From the NCBI RefSeq assembly GCF_052425735.1, contig NC_135763.1:14446001-14510000 (forward strand): a stretch of DNA of 64,000 bases. Direction: 5' to 3'. The translations under genes and the position numbers were made by a program. The DNA is from Oculina patagonica (taxonomy: Eukaryota). This document shows positions 1 through 8,199 of this stretch, piece by piece. A model generated the notes under the pieces. The model ran no database searches. It was given only the letters and a program-made list of their open reading frames with translations, and was not told the DNA's origin. The stretch's first letter is position 1; each line of letters begins with the position of its first letter.

Positions 1-702
1 GAACACGTCGGGAGAATTGAAGTACATCTGTATTCCTATCTGCACTCTGGGTACCAACAACTTGCTCAGATGAAACACTTCGATGAGGGGTTTGAAACGC
101 AACACGTGTCGCTTGCCTTCCGTGTAATTGGCTTGTTCTGCTTTAGAGTTCTTGAGAGCCTCCTTGTGATTGGCGGTCAGGGCTACATAGTCTGCGTGTC
201 CAGCTCCAGCGTTGGCTGCAGTGTTCGTGTTATTGTCCGTCCACGTGGCTGGGAAATCGATATGATTGTACCAGCCTTGAGGTTTCAAGATGGTTTCTCC
301 ATCACGTCTGTCGTAATTCAGCAACGTTTCCAAGAAGGCTCTGTAATGGTACGTGTCCGTCTGGGGACTGATGAGAGTACCGTTGAGACGCACGCTGATT
401 TGCTTGAACAGAGAATGGGCTAGATTGTTGACGGGCCACAGCTTGTCGGCAGCTGCCACGTTCTCATCGTTGTCTTTCTTCAGTTGCAATTCTACCTCGA
501 AGAAGCTACGGCTGAGATCGATGTAATCTTCTTGGGGGTCGATCTGAAACTCCACCGGATTGATGCCTGTGGTGTAGGTCTGAACGGGGACCATCCGATA
601 CGACGAGACGCTGACGTCTGTCGGTGGTACGGCGAATAGATCCAATCGAGGATTGGCCTCGCGTCTCGACTGCGGGTAGGCGCTCGAGATGGTTTCGGTC
701 AT
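1..702 (-). CDS. Polinton double jelly-roll major capsid protein (PY/hexon-like), N-terminal 234 aa, runs off the window edge
   Basis: Own translation from the ATG at 702 is open to position 1: MTETISSAYPQSRREANPRLDLFAVPPTDVS...YIDLSRSFFEV...PVNNLAHSLFKQISVRLNGTLISPQTDTYHYRAFLETLLNY... The LDLF..PPT, NN..HSLF.Q and Y.YRA.LE.LL.Y motifs are typical of Polinton MCPs. Confidence 0.92.
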   Translation of the reverse strand, partial: MTETISSAYPQSRREANPRLDLFAVPPTDVSVSSYRMVPVQTYTTGINPVEFQIDPQEDYIDLSRSFFEVELQLKKDNDENVAAADKLWPVNNLAHSLFKQISVRLNGTLISPQTDTYHYRAFLETLLNYDRRDGETILKPQGWYNHIDFPATWTDNNTNTAANAGAGHADYVALTANHKEALKNSKAEQANYTEGKRHVLRFKPLIEVFHLSKLLVPRVQIGIQMYFNSPDVF

Positions 703-935
703 CGTATTCTCTTCCTTCTTCCACTGCGCTTCCGTAAGGTCTGTATCCAATCGTAGCCAGGAGGCTTTCTGAGCTCGGGACCTATCCACCCGCCCTTTTG
801 TACTTTTCGTCGTCGCCTCTTTTGTCCCAACAAGGCCTGGTTCAAAAGTGCCAGTGAGAATCCTTCTCCCCGCTGTCTGACGGGGGCGCGTTTGGATCGG
901 ACCAGTCTGGACGAGCGCGAGTAAACGGGATTCAT
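699..935 (-). CDS. Small basic virion core-like protein (78 aa) with putative protease sites
   Basis: Very Arg/Lys-rich, with QRGEG/F and QKGG/W motifs. Sits between the capsid genes with ATGA overlaps at both ends. Confidence 0.75.
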   Translation of the reverse strand: MNPVYSRSSRLVRSKRAPVRQRGEGFSLALLNQALLGQKRRRRKVQKGGWIGPELRKPPGYDWIQTLRKRSGRRKRIR

Positions 936-1189
936 TTTTCGGCAAAGATGTCGTTCAGTTTTCTCTTGACGTTTCGTTCTATGACGTTTTTCAGTTTGCG
1001 TTTCACGACTCGTTTAGGACCACTCTTGGCTCCTTGACCCGCTTTACGAATGCGGTCCGCGACGCCGCGCCCACTCTTAAATCCTCTCACGGCTCCACCC
1101 AGAGACTCTCTCACGATGTCGGCCAAAAATCCGTTCCCCTCTTGAGGTGGAGGATCCGGTGTGAAACGCGTCAGGGCACCGCCTCTCAT
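932..1189 (-). CDS. Small basic protein with an amphipathic helix (cupiennin-like / adenovirus pVI- or pX-like), 85 aa
   Basis: N-terminal MRGG/A fits the adenain consensus. QEGNG is followed by the amphipathic FLADIVRESLGGAVRGF and a basic C-terminus. ATGA overlaps at both ends. Confidence 0.75.
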   Translation of the reverse strand: MRGGALTRFTPDPPPQEGNGFLADIVRESLGGAVRGFKSGRGVADRIRKAGQGAKSGPKRVVKRKLKNVIERNVKRKLNDIFAEK

Positions 1190-2217
1190 GTTCGCTTGAT
1201 ATGTAAGGTCACGATCGTGTTGCCTTCGCCAAAATCCACCAGTTTACCTGTAGTCTCGCTCACTTGCGTTTCAATAATGTCCACAATCTGGTTGCGGAGT
1301 GGAATATATTGTATGTGGAGAGGTTCAAAGTACTTGATACCTTTTCCTTCACGTTGAAAGTGAATTTCCCGCAACAGATCCGTGACTTGATTTCCCACAA
1401 CGGAACTACCACCCACGTCTGAGTAAACGAAAAGCGTACGCGATGCATCTCCAATCACTTTTTGGAAGGCTCTGTTGAGTTTCACAAAGCGCCAGTTACA
1501 ATAGCAACTCAAGAAAAGCTGTCCATTCTCAACAACCCAGAAATTTTTCTTGCCCTCTCCAAAATCATCCACGTCTATGGGATCGGGTATCGTAGCGTGG
1601 TGGCATTCCGGCTTCAGGTTCGGCCCGAGAAACACGTTTTCTTTCTCGTTCTTTTTTACCCATCCCATGTCAAAGGCCAAATCCTCGTTGAAAGACATGT
1701 AGTATGGGACGCCTTCAGTTTTCACTTCCGAGACGTCCAAGTTCGAGTTGTCGAGGACTAGCTCTTCACCTTCCCACTTGAAAGTATATTCCCACTCCTT
1801 TCCATTATCTGGCGACTTGGTCAAGTCTCCCACGATACGCTTGTATTCTTTGACTTGATCGAACTTGAAGACCAGGGCTTTCATGAAACTGAGGCCATCC
1901 ACGATGTTGTCGTCATATAGAATGTCCTGGAACGTCAGATCGGTGGTCACCGACTTGCTTTGCACGCGACCCTCCTTGTCTTTGCGCTTGAGCATCCACT
2001 GGGCACTCAAGAGAGGAAACTTGAACGACTTAAAGCGAGTTAAGTCGATGCTGGCATCTGGCACGGAAATGCTACTCAATCCCACTTTCCAACCGGTTCC
2101 TTCCAATCGTAGCGGGTGAGGTAATCGCACCTTGAAAGAGTTTGCTCTATTCTCTGGAAACTCGGTTCCGCTGCTGTGACTGGGTAACGTGACGTAAAAT
2201 CCTTCCTCGTGGCTCAT
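1186..2217 (-). CDS. Polinton minor capsid protein (penton, single jelly-roll)
   Basis: FYVTLPS.SS...FPEN....F.V.LP..L.L...W.VGL N-terminus and LFVYSD...S.VG......LLR...YIPL C-terminus, characteristic of Polinton pentons. Confidence 0.88.
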   Translation of the reverse strand: MSHEEGFYVTLPSHSSGTEFPENRANSFKVRLPHPLRLEGTGWKVGLSSISVPDASIDLTRFKSFKFPLLSAQWMLKRKDKEGRVQSKSVTTDLTFQDILYDDNIVDGLSFMKALVFKFDQVKEYKRIVGDLTKSPDNGKEWEYTFKWEGEELVLDNSNLDVSEVKTEGVPYYMSFNEDLAFDMGWVKKNEKENVFLGPNLKPECHHATIPDPIDVDDFGEGKKNFWVVENGQLFLSCYCNWRFVKLNRAFQKVIGDASRTLFVYSDVGGSSVVGNQVTDLLREIHFQREGKGIKYFEPLHIQYIPLRNQIVDIIETQVSETTGKLVDFGEGNTIVTLHIKRT

Positions 2218-3293
2218 GATTTTTTTAGAGCCGTCTTCTCGATCCAGCTGTCGTACTTGTCTGGCCAGCCTTTCCAGTGCACCAAGACTTTATTTCCTTT
2301 TCGTTTGACGATCTTGTCCACCCTGAAGACATCGTCGTCGGACACTGCGACTTTTTGTAGATCTTCCTTGTAAAACGTACCGCGAAGGGGGGTGTCGTCC
2401 AACTCTTGGATCTTGTAAGTCGTGACGGGTGGTCCCCGACGCACCTCTCGTATCACAAACACTTCTTCGGTCCAGCCGGGTAAATACCCTTTCTCGAACG
2501 TGCGAAATTTCTTGTTCAATCTCACGCGTTCTCCTACTTTTAGCGGGGGTTTTCGATCTCTTTTACCCGACGACAATCTCTTCGCGTACAGACGTTCCCA
2601 CACTTTTCCTTCGTTGCTCGCATTCACTGTCTCAGGGCTGGTGCCGATGCTACGATGGTGGGATCCGTTGTAACCTTTCACCAAGGCCTGGAGTACGGGT
2701 AGGTAACTGAGCGTGTTCTTGGCGGTAAAGTATCGGTACATGCGTTCCTTGAGAGTGCGGTTGAAGCGTTCCACGGTGCTGGCTTTGGTATCTCCGGCCG
2801 TGGAAAAGTGGTGGATGCCTTCCCGTTTCATCAACGCGGCAAACGTCTTGTTGTAAAATTCTTTCCCGTCGTCGGTCTGTAGGTTCTGAGGTTTGCGTCC
2901 ATCGGCTCGTTTCAAAATCTTGGCAAAGGCGTCCGACACCGTTTTTCCCGTCTTGTCTTTTAGGGGTTCCACCCAGGCATATTTAGACAAGACGTCGATC
3001 ACGTTGAGTAGATATCTGTGACCCTTGTTGTATTTGGACAACGGTTGCGTTTCCACTAAATCGGCTACCCACTGTTGGTCGACGTTAAACACCAGGACCG
3101 GTAACGCGGCGAAACGACGTCTGCGCGGTTTGTGAAGGGTATAACCCAAATCGCGCTCCAATACTTTTTTGGCTGTGTCGACGGATATCTTGTGCGATTT
3201 GGCGAATCTTGTTATCCCACCCAAGCTACCCGGTTGACTGGGATCGTGGTAGTCCGAAAGTATTTTTTTATCCTTTTTCAGCTTCTTTGGCAT
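2214..3293 (-). CDS. Retroviral-type (rve) DDE integrase with C-terminal chromodomain
   Basis: Catalytic motifs QWVADL, LQTDDGKEF and VERFNRTLK. Chromodomain-like VDKIVKRKGNKVLVHWKGWPDKYDSWI. Confidence 0.96.
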   Translation of the reverse strand: MPKKLKKDKKILSDYHDPSQPGSLGGITRFAKSHKISVDTAKKVLERDLGYTLHKPRRRRFAALPVLVFNVDQQWVADLVETQPLSKYNKGHRYLLNVIDVLSKYAWVEPLKDKTGKTVSDAFAKILKRADGRKPQNLQTDDGKEFYNKTFAALMKREGIHHFSTAGDTKASTVERFNRTLKERMYRYFTAKNTLSYLPVLQALVKGYNGSHHRSIGTSPETVNASNEGKVWERLYAKRLSSGKRDRKPPLKVGERVRLNKKFRTFEKGYLPGWTEEVFVIREVRRGPPVTTYKIQELDDTPLRGTFYKEDLQKVAVSDDDVFRVDKIVKRKGNKVLVHWKGWPDKYDSWIEKTALKKS

Positions 3294-3589
3294 GTCGACG
3301 ACGCTCTGATCACCCTCATATAAGTGCCGTGTAATTTATGAGCTGCTTCTTCGATCGTGGTCGGATGAAGTTTGTAAATAGAAGCAAACAGCTCGGCTGG
3401 ATCCTTGAAATGTCTCAACCATAATATAAACGGTATCAATCTGAAATAGTTTTGTTCTATGTGGGTGGCTTCGAACACTCTCAAGGGGGAGTCACTCGTA
3501 TCTTCCGGTATATCTATACCCCTCCCAAATTCAGCATACGCTTTCTCGCACAATCTTTTCAACCACTCCCACTTTCCATACAGATCCAT
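3278..3589 (-). CDS. Hypothetical Polinton protein (103 aa)
   Basis: ATG-initiated ORF filling the gap between neighbours and overlapping the integrase start by 16 nt. No recognisable motif. Confidence 0.55.
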   Translation of the reverse strand: MDLYGKWEWLKRLCEKAYAEFGRGIDIPEDTSDSPLRVFEATHIEQNYFRLIPFILWLRHFKDPAELFASIYKLHPTTIEEAAHKLHGTYMRVIRASSTCQRS

Positions 3590-3616
3590 GACAAATGAAC
3601 TTTTATTTATACAACG

Positions 3617-4387
3617 TCAATTTAAATAGCCTGCATCAATAAATATGTTATCAAAAGATTTTGTACATGTTTCGCAACTTCTAGGTCTCCACAGTTTGGC
3701 TTTTTGGTAGTCGTCGCCCAGGTAAGCTTCGTCTTTATCCATGGCGCAACGGTTGCAGAGATCTCTGTCTAACAGTCTATCCGCTATTTCTTGCCAGCGA
3801 TTGCTTTCTAGGCGTTGCAATTTTACTTGAGTTGCCAGTTGGTTGCACAGTTCTTCGTACGTGTTTGCGTCGACCGTGATGGGTTGTTTCAAGTAAGTAG
3901 ACAATGCCTGGCTTAGGGCTACACTCGCTCTCAACGGGGCGATGAGATCTTCTAAACCACTCCGGTCGTCAAAGTCGCAGACGTTCGCGTTCAACCAGAA
4001 CGAGACGCCGTTGCCAATGGGCGGCGGTTTACGAGACGTCACGAAGAAAAAGGCTCGCTGCAATGGCACGTAGACAAATTCATTCCAATGTCTATCCCAG
4101 AGATAACCGTGCCCAATGTCTTTGAGGGTCGTTAGGACGGCTCCCTTCCAGTGAGGGTTCTCTTTGAGCCATTCACTTTCGGTGACGCGGTTCTTGGCAC
4201 ACCCGCGCTCTTTCACCATGTCCTCGAAGACGTAGACTCTCCTTGGAATGTTTTCGGGTATGGTGGTGGGAAAGTCTAACGACAACGTACTCATTCCCGT
4301 GTCGGTCTGGATCTTTTTTTCTAGCTTTGTACAATTGGTGTAGAAGAGTCGTTGTTCCAGGTCCATCCAGTTTTTTCTCGTACCCAT
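3617..4387 (-). CDS. Hypothetical Polinton protein (~256 aa) with C-terminal CxxC...CxxC
   Basis: Likely start is MGTRKNW at 4387, one base after the upstream stop (TGA-C-ATG). Contains LCNRC...SCETC. Minus-strand AATAAA at 3602-3607 just after the stop. Confidence 0.7.
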   Translation of the reverse strand: MGTRKNWMDLEQRLFYTNCTKLEKKIQTDTGMSTLSLDFPTTIPENIPRRVYVFEDMVKERGCAKNRVTESEWLKENPHWKGAVLTTLKDIGHGYLWDRHWNEFVYVPLQRAFFFVTSRKPPPIGNGVSFWLNANVCDFDDRSGLEDLIAPLRASVALSQALSTYLKQPITVDANTYEELCNQLATQVKLQRLESNRWQEIADRLLDRDLCNRCAMDKDEAYLGDDYQKAKLWRPRSCETCTKSFDNIFIDAGYLN

Positions 4388-4388
4388 G

Positions 4389-4664
4389 TCACTGCTCTTG
4401 GCTTGCTTCGGCCGAACCTTTGTGTAATGCACTCTCGAGATCGCACATCCAATGCTCTTGACACTGCATAAACGTGTAGCCGGCTTCCATGCCACGTTTC
4501 GCGCGCTCCAATAGGTAATCTTCGTCCGATTGATAATCGCCCCTTTTTAGATCCCTATAGTAAGGCAATGGTTCCCAGTCCTTGGGATCTCCTTGTACAA
4601 CGACACCGTTGACTTGTGGGGTTTGAGTTTGAGTTTGGCTGGAATCGCTGTCTGTGCTTTCCAT
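4389..4664 (-). CDS. Hypothetical acidic Polinton protein (91 aa)
   Basis: First ATG about 36 nt downstream of the minus-strand TATA box at 4700-4707. Its stop abuts the next ORF. Confidence 0.65.
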   Translation of the reverse strand: MESTDSDSSQTQTQTPQVNGVVVQGDPKDWEPLPYYRDLKRGDYQSDEDYLLERAKRGMEAGYTFMQCQEHWMCDLESALHKGSAEASQEQ

Positions 4665-4699
4665 CGCTACAACTGAGTCGACAAATGGACGCGCAGCTC

Positions 4700-4814
4700 T
4701 TTTTATACGTTGGATGACGTCACCTGGGTCATTGCCGGTTGGTCGGAAGAGGTCACGTGTTACCTCTCTGGTTGGTTCGTGCGTATTGACGTCATCCGAG
4801 AAAAGAGTATAAAA
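4700..4814. promoter_or_regulatory. Compact bidirectional Pol II promoter
   Basis: TATAAAAA (minus, 4700-4707), TGACGTCA (4715-4722), CACGTG (4754-4759), TGACGTCA (4787-4794) and TATAAAA (plus, 4808-4814), lying between divergent ORFs. Confidence 0.75.
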
Positions 4815-4862
4815 GCGCCGTGTTGTCTCCTGTTAGTCCTCAGTTGGAGCATCGAGAGCACC

Positions 4863-5771
4863 ATGGACGTAGCAGAACCCAAAAAAAAGCGACAGAGGAG
4901 AGGGACTGGAAACCCCAAGAAACCCAAAGTCCCCCGTAAAAAGAGACATCCTACAAAGACGAAGATGGAGTTGAAAGAGGAAGTGTTGGAGGAGGGTGAA
5001 ATTTTCGACCCCGACCAGTTCCTGCAACAGACCTTTGAGGACGCGGAGCGCGACCCGGTTTGCCCCGTCCACAAAGAACCGCTGACCAAGAGAATGACTG
5101 ACGGGGGATGGGAGTTCTACTTTTGCCCCCACACGAGCGAAGGCACCATCTGTTTCATTTGCACCGGTAGCGCCCACATTGACCAGTACGTGGTGGCGGT
5201 CAATCAACAATTACCGGCTTACTATTATTGGAACATGGATAAGATGAAATGTTACTGCAACGAGAGTCTCATTCTGAGCATGTCGAAATCAGAGAGCAAC
5301 CCGGACAGGATCTATCTCAAGTGCAGAAAGGGTAAATGCCGGTTCTTTCAATGGGCCGACAGTCTTCCGTTTGGCAAGATCAAAGCCTGGCTGGAAGGAA
5401 AGGAATATGTGGGAAACGAGGATCCCCTCTACTCGAGAAGGTCTGGACTGGACTCTAGGGACAAATTTGGATACCCCAGAAGAGGACAAGACGTGGTGGA
5501 TAGACCGCAACGAATTCTGGATGGGAGACCCGCCTTCAAAGTACAACACTACCCACCCCCGGTCAAGGATTGGATTGGTGATCTTCCCTTGGACGAGTCA
5601 TTGGTCAAACAGTGTCAAGAGCAAAAGTTTTGGGTGGATGGAGAAGGGAAAATTATTCTTCCCCCGGAATTGGCTGGCGTAAAGTACGACTCGGATGAAG
5701 AGAAAATGCTGAGAAATCAACTGTATCTGAGATGCATTTCCCAGAAACAATATCCTAATTTGGATCATTGA
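4863..5771 (+). CDS. Nuclear protein with GRF-type zinc finger(s), ~302 aa
   Basis: Start MDVAEPKKKRQRR (ACCATGG context, NLS-like) downstream of the TATA box. CYC...SKSESNPDRIYLKCRKGKCRFFQWAD matches zf-GRF. A second CPVH...FYFCP...C unit lies upstream. Confidence 0.8.
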   Translation: MDVAEPKKKRQRRGTGNPKKPKVPRKKRHPTKTKMELKEEVLEEGEIFDPDQFLQQTFEDAERDPVCPVHKEPLTKRMTDGGWEFYFCPHTSEGTICFICTGSAHIDQYVVAVNQQLPAYYYWNMDKMKCYCNESLILSMSKSESNPDRIYLKCRKGKCRFFQWADSLPFGKIKAWLEGKEYVGNEDPLYSRRSGLDSRDKFGYPRRGQDVVDRPQRILDGRPAFKVQHYPPPVKDWIGDLPLDESLVKQCQEQKFWVDGEGKIILPPELAGVKYDSDEEKMLRNQLYLRCISQKQYPNLDH

Positions 5772-5836
5772 GATTTAGAGTTTAAACATTTTCATATATT
5801 TTCTACGTCAAGCATCAGAGTGCAGTTGGCTCTGGC

Positions 5837-6358
5837 ATGACTCCGGAAAACGTGTGCATGATCTTGGACTTGGAAGGTTACTTTGTGGAGAAGACGTTTC
5901 GAGTACGCGAGTTGGGTTATTACACTTGGCAAGAAAAGTTCGGACGCCATGCTTTCTACATGAGAATGTCGTGGTGCAACTTATCTTCCAGAGACAGGAA
6001 AACCGTGTCTTACGTCAAATACAACGTGCACGGACTGACGTATCAACCCAGAAAGGAAGAAAAGGCCTACGAGTATGACAGGGTGGAGGAGGTGATGTGG
6101 GATTTGTACGAGGAGACCAAAACCCCCGAGAGAACCGTGGTGGCTTACAAGGGAGGACACGTAGAAAGAGACTTGTTGAACAAACTGAACATTCCTAGCG
6201 TGAATTTAGAACTGTACGGATGTCCGAAATACGACGTGTTGAAAGAGACCATTGTAGAACCTTTACCTAGTTGCGGTTTTCATCTATACGAAGGACATTG
6301 TCCAATGACCGAATGTCATGCTTTCTGGTTATGGTACCAGACTTTTCTTGTTAAATAA
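5837..6358 (+). CDS. DEDD/DnaQ-like 3'-5' exonuclease with putative Zn site
   Basis: LDLEG...RELG...HGL...YKGG...CGFH...HCPMTEC. AATAAA overlaps the stop (6354-6359). Confidence 0.8.
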   Translation: MTPENVCMILDLEGYFVEKTFRVRELGYYTWQEKFGRHAFYMRMSWCNLSSRDRKTVSYVKYNVHGLTYQPRKEEKAYEYDRVEEVMWDLYEETKTPERTVVAYKGGHVERDLLNKLNIPSVNLELYGCPKYDVLKETIVEPLPSCGFHLYEGHCPMTECHAFWLWYQTFLVK

Positions 6359-6412
6359 ATTTAAAAATTGCTCCATGCCGAAACTGAATTACGAGAGTAT
6401 GGGATTCAATCG

Positions 6413-7350
6413 CTTAAACAACAACAACAAATACCGCACGCTAAATTATATTTTTTCGCGAACGGTGAAAATCACAACAAAGTCGATGACACTTGTGCTT
6501 AGAGTCCAAAAATATGAAATTTTCGGCTCAATAACTTTCATCGAAATAATATCTTTAATGGTTGGTCGTCTTTTAGATTTAAGGGCGGCAAAAAAACATT
6601 TTTTCTTCGAGAAAAAACATTTGAACAACGGCCGAATGAACCACCTACAACAATTATATATTTTTAGCGGCCGGTGAAAAATCACAACAAACTCGTTGAC
6701 TCACTTGTTTAGGGTGTAAAAATGTGAAGATCCGGCTCAATGACTTGCTTTGAGATTCACTAAAATAATATCATTCATGGTTGGACGTCCCTTTCATTTC
6801 AGGGCCGCAAAAACAAACAAACAAACAAACGCATTTAAACAACAACAAATACCGTACGCTAAATTATATTTTTTCGCGAACGGTGAAAATCACAACAAAG
6901 TCGATGACACTTGTGCTTAGAGTCCAAAAATATAAAATTTTCGGCTCAATAACATTCATCGAAATAATATCATTCATGGTTAGACGTCCCTTTGATATAA
7001 GGGCCGCAAAAAAAAAATTTTCTTCGAGAAAAATGCATTTGAACAACGGCCAAACGAACCGCACGCTAAAATTATATTTTTTCGCGAACGGTAAAAATCA
7101 CAACAAAGTCGTTGACACACTTGTTTAGAGTCTAAAAATGTAAAAGAGTCGGCCCAATGGCTTGCTTTGCGTTTTACTAAATTAATACCATTCATGGTTG
7201 GACGTCCCTTTTGATTTAAGGGCCGAAACAAAATTTTTTTCCTCGAGAAACAATGCATTTGAACAACGGTCAAATGAACCGCTCGCAAAAATTATATTTT
7301 TTTCGCGACCGGTGAAAAATCACAACGGAGGCGGTGACACACTTGTTTAG
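6413..7350. repeat. Internal tandem array of ~210-bp units (4 full, 1 partial)
   Basis: The anchor ATCACAAC recurs at 6471, 6681, 6889, 7097 and 7319 (spacings 210, 208, 208, 222). Units 1/3 and 2/4 are most alike. Confidence 0.9.
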
Positions 7351-7854
7351 GATTTACAACGTTTAAGCTTCACTTCTAGGTGGCTAGGTTTTATTTTTTT
7401 TCTGAATCATAGTGGGATGTTCCCTCGATTTTGAGACCACGAAAAGAAAAGATGAAGTTGTTGTTGTTTACGAAAGACAACGACAACTGCGCGAGCAATT
7501 TCGCTTAAAAGAATAATTCAGTCCACCAAAAACGACTTGTTTATTCGTAAAGTTCGGTTTCTTCTTTCTTTGACCATAAACACAACTAGACCAAAAAACC
7601 TTGAACGAAATGAACGGGTCTAAAACCTTCTTCTTCTTTACTATGCACGGTTCATGATGGCCGCACGAACAAAAACAAACCACTCGTCAAAATTTACAAC
7701 GTAACCAAATTTATTTTTCGCAGTAAATACAATTTATCAAACGCTCTTCGTCTTGTACAGTAGAGTATGGAGACATTAGCTCACCTTAAAGCTTATATCC
7801 TTCTTGAAAAGAGCTGTAATCCGACAAGAAAACTTTGTCCGTTTTACTGTACTT

Positions 7855-8135
7855 TTCCGAGAATGAACACACGCGGGTTCCTAGAATTCCGAGAATTCCG
7901 AGAAAGATTCTCCACGCGCGTGCGTCGGGATTTTTCCCTTGGGGGGAAATCCCGGGATTTTACCCTTGTGGGGAAAATCCCGTCAGCTTGGGATTTTACC
8001 CTTGTGGGGAAAATCCCGTCACCTTGGGTGACATTGATCATGAGATCTCATTGGTTCATTCTGTATCAGGTCACCTCGATTGACCAATGGGAATACTAGA
8101 GCCCAGTTCTTCTGGGATGGGAAAGTTGTATAAAA
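7855..8135 (+). promoter_or_regulatory. Putative polymerase promoter: 4 GAS/STAT-like sites, 6 kB-like sites, CCAAT, TATA
   Basis: TTCCGAGAA at 7855-7863. TTCCTAGAA-TTCCGAGAA-TTCCGAGAA at 7878-7904. Paired GGGATTTT(T/A)CCC and GGGGAAA(A)TCCC motifs at 7927-8017. CCAAT near 8084, TATAAAA at 8129-8135, ATG at 8200. Confidence 0.65.
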
Positions 8136-8199
8136 GGAGCTACTTTGCTCATTTATTCACTCGCAAACATAGTTTGGTCTTGAGCGCTCTGAGAAGAAG

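Noticed and set aside
70-724. ORFs 70-423(+) and 506-724(-)
   Set aside because: Shadow frames over the capsid gene at 1-702(-).
4455-4475. MQCQE as an LxCxE Rb-binding motif in the 91-aa protein
   Set aside because: Lacks the Leu and is too short to support without conservation data.
6318-7288. Several similar ORFs in the repeat array, and a CRISPR-like reading of the array
   Set aside because: The ORFs are by-products of the repeat and shift frame between units. Units are homologous along their whole length, with no unique spacers or cas genes.
7878-7910. Heat-shock element
   Set aside because: An HSE needs 2-nt spacing between TTC and GAA units. Spacing here is 3 and 0, which fits GAS/STAT better.
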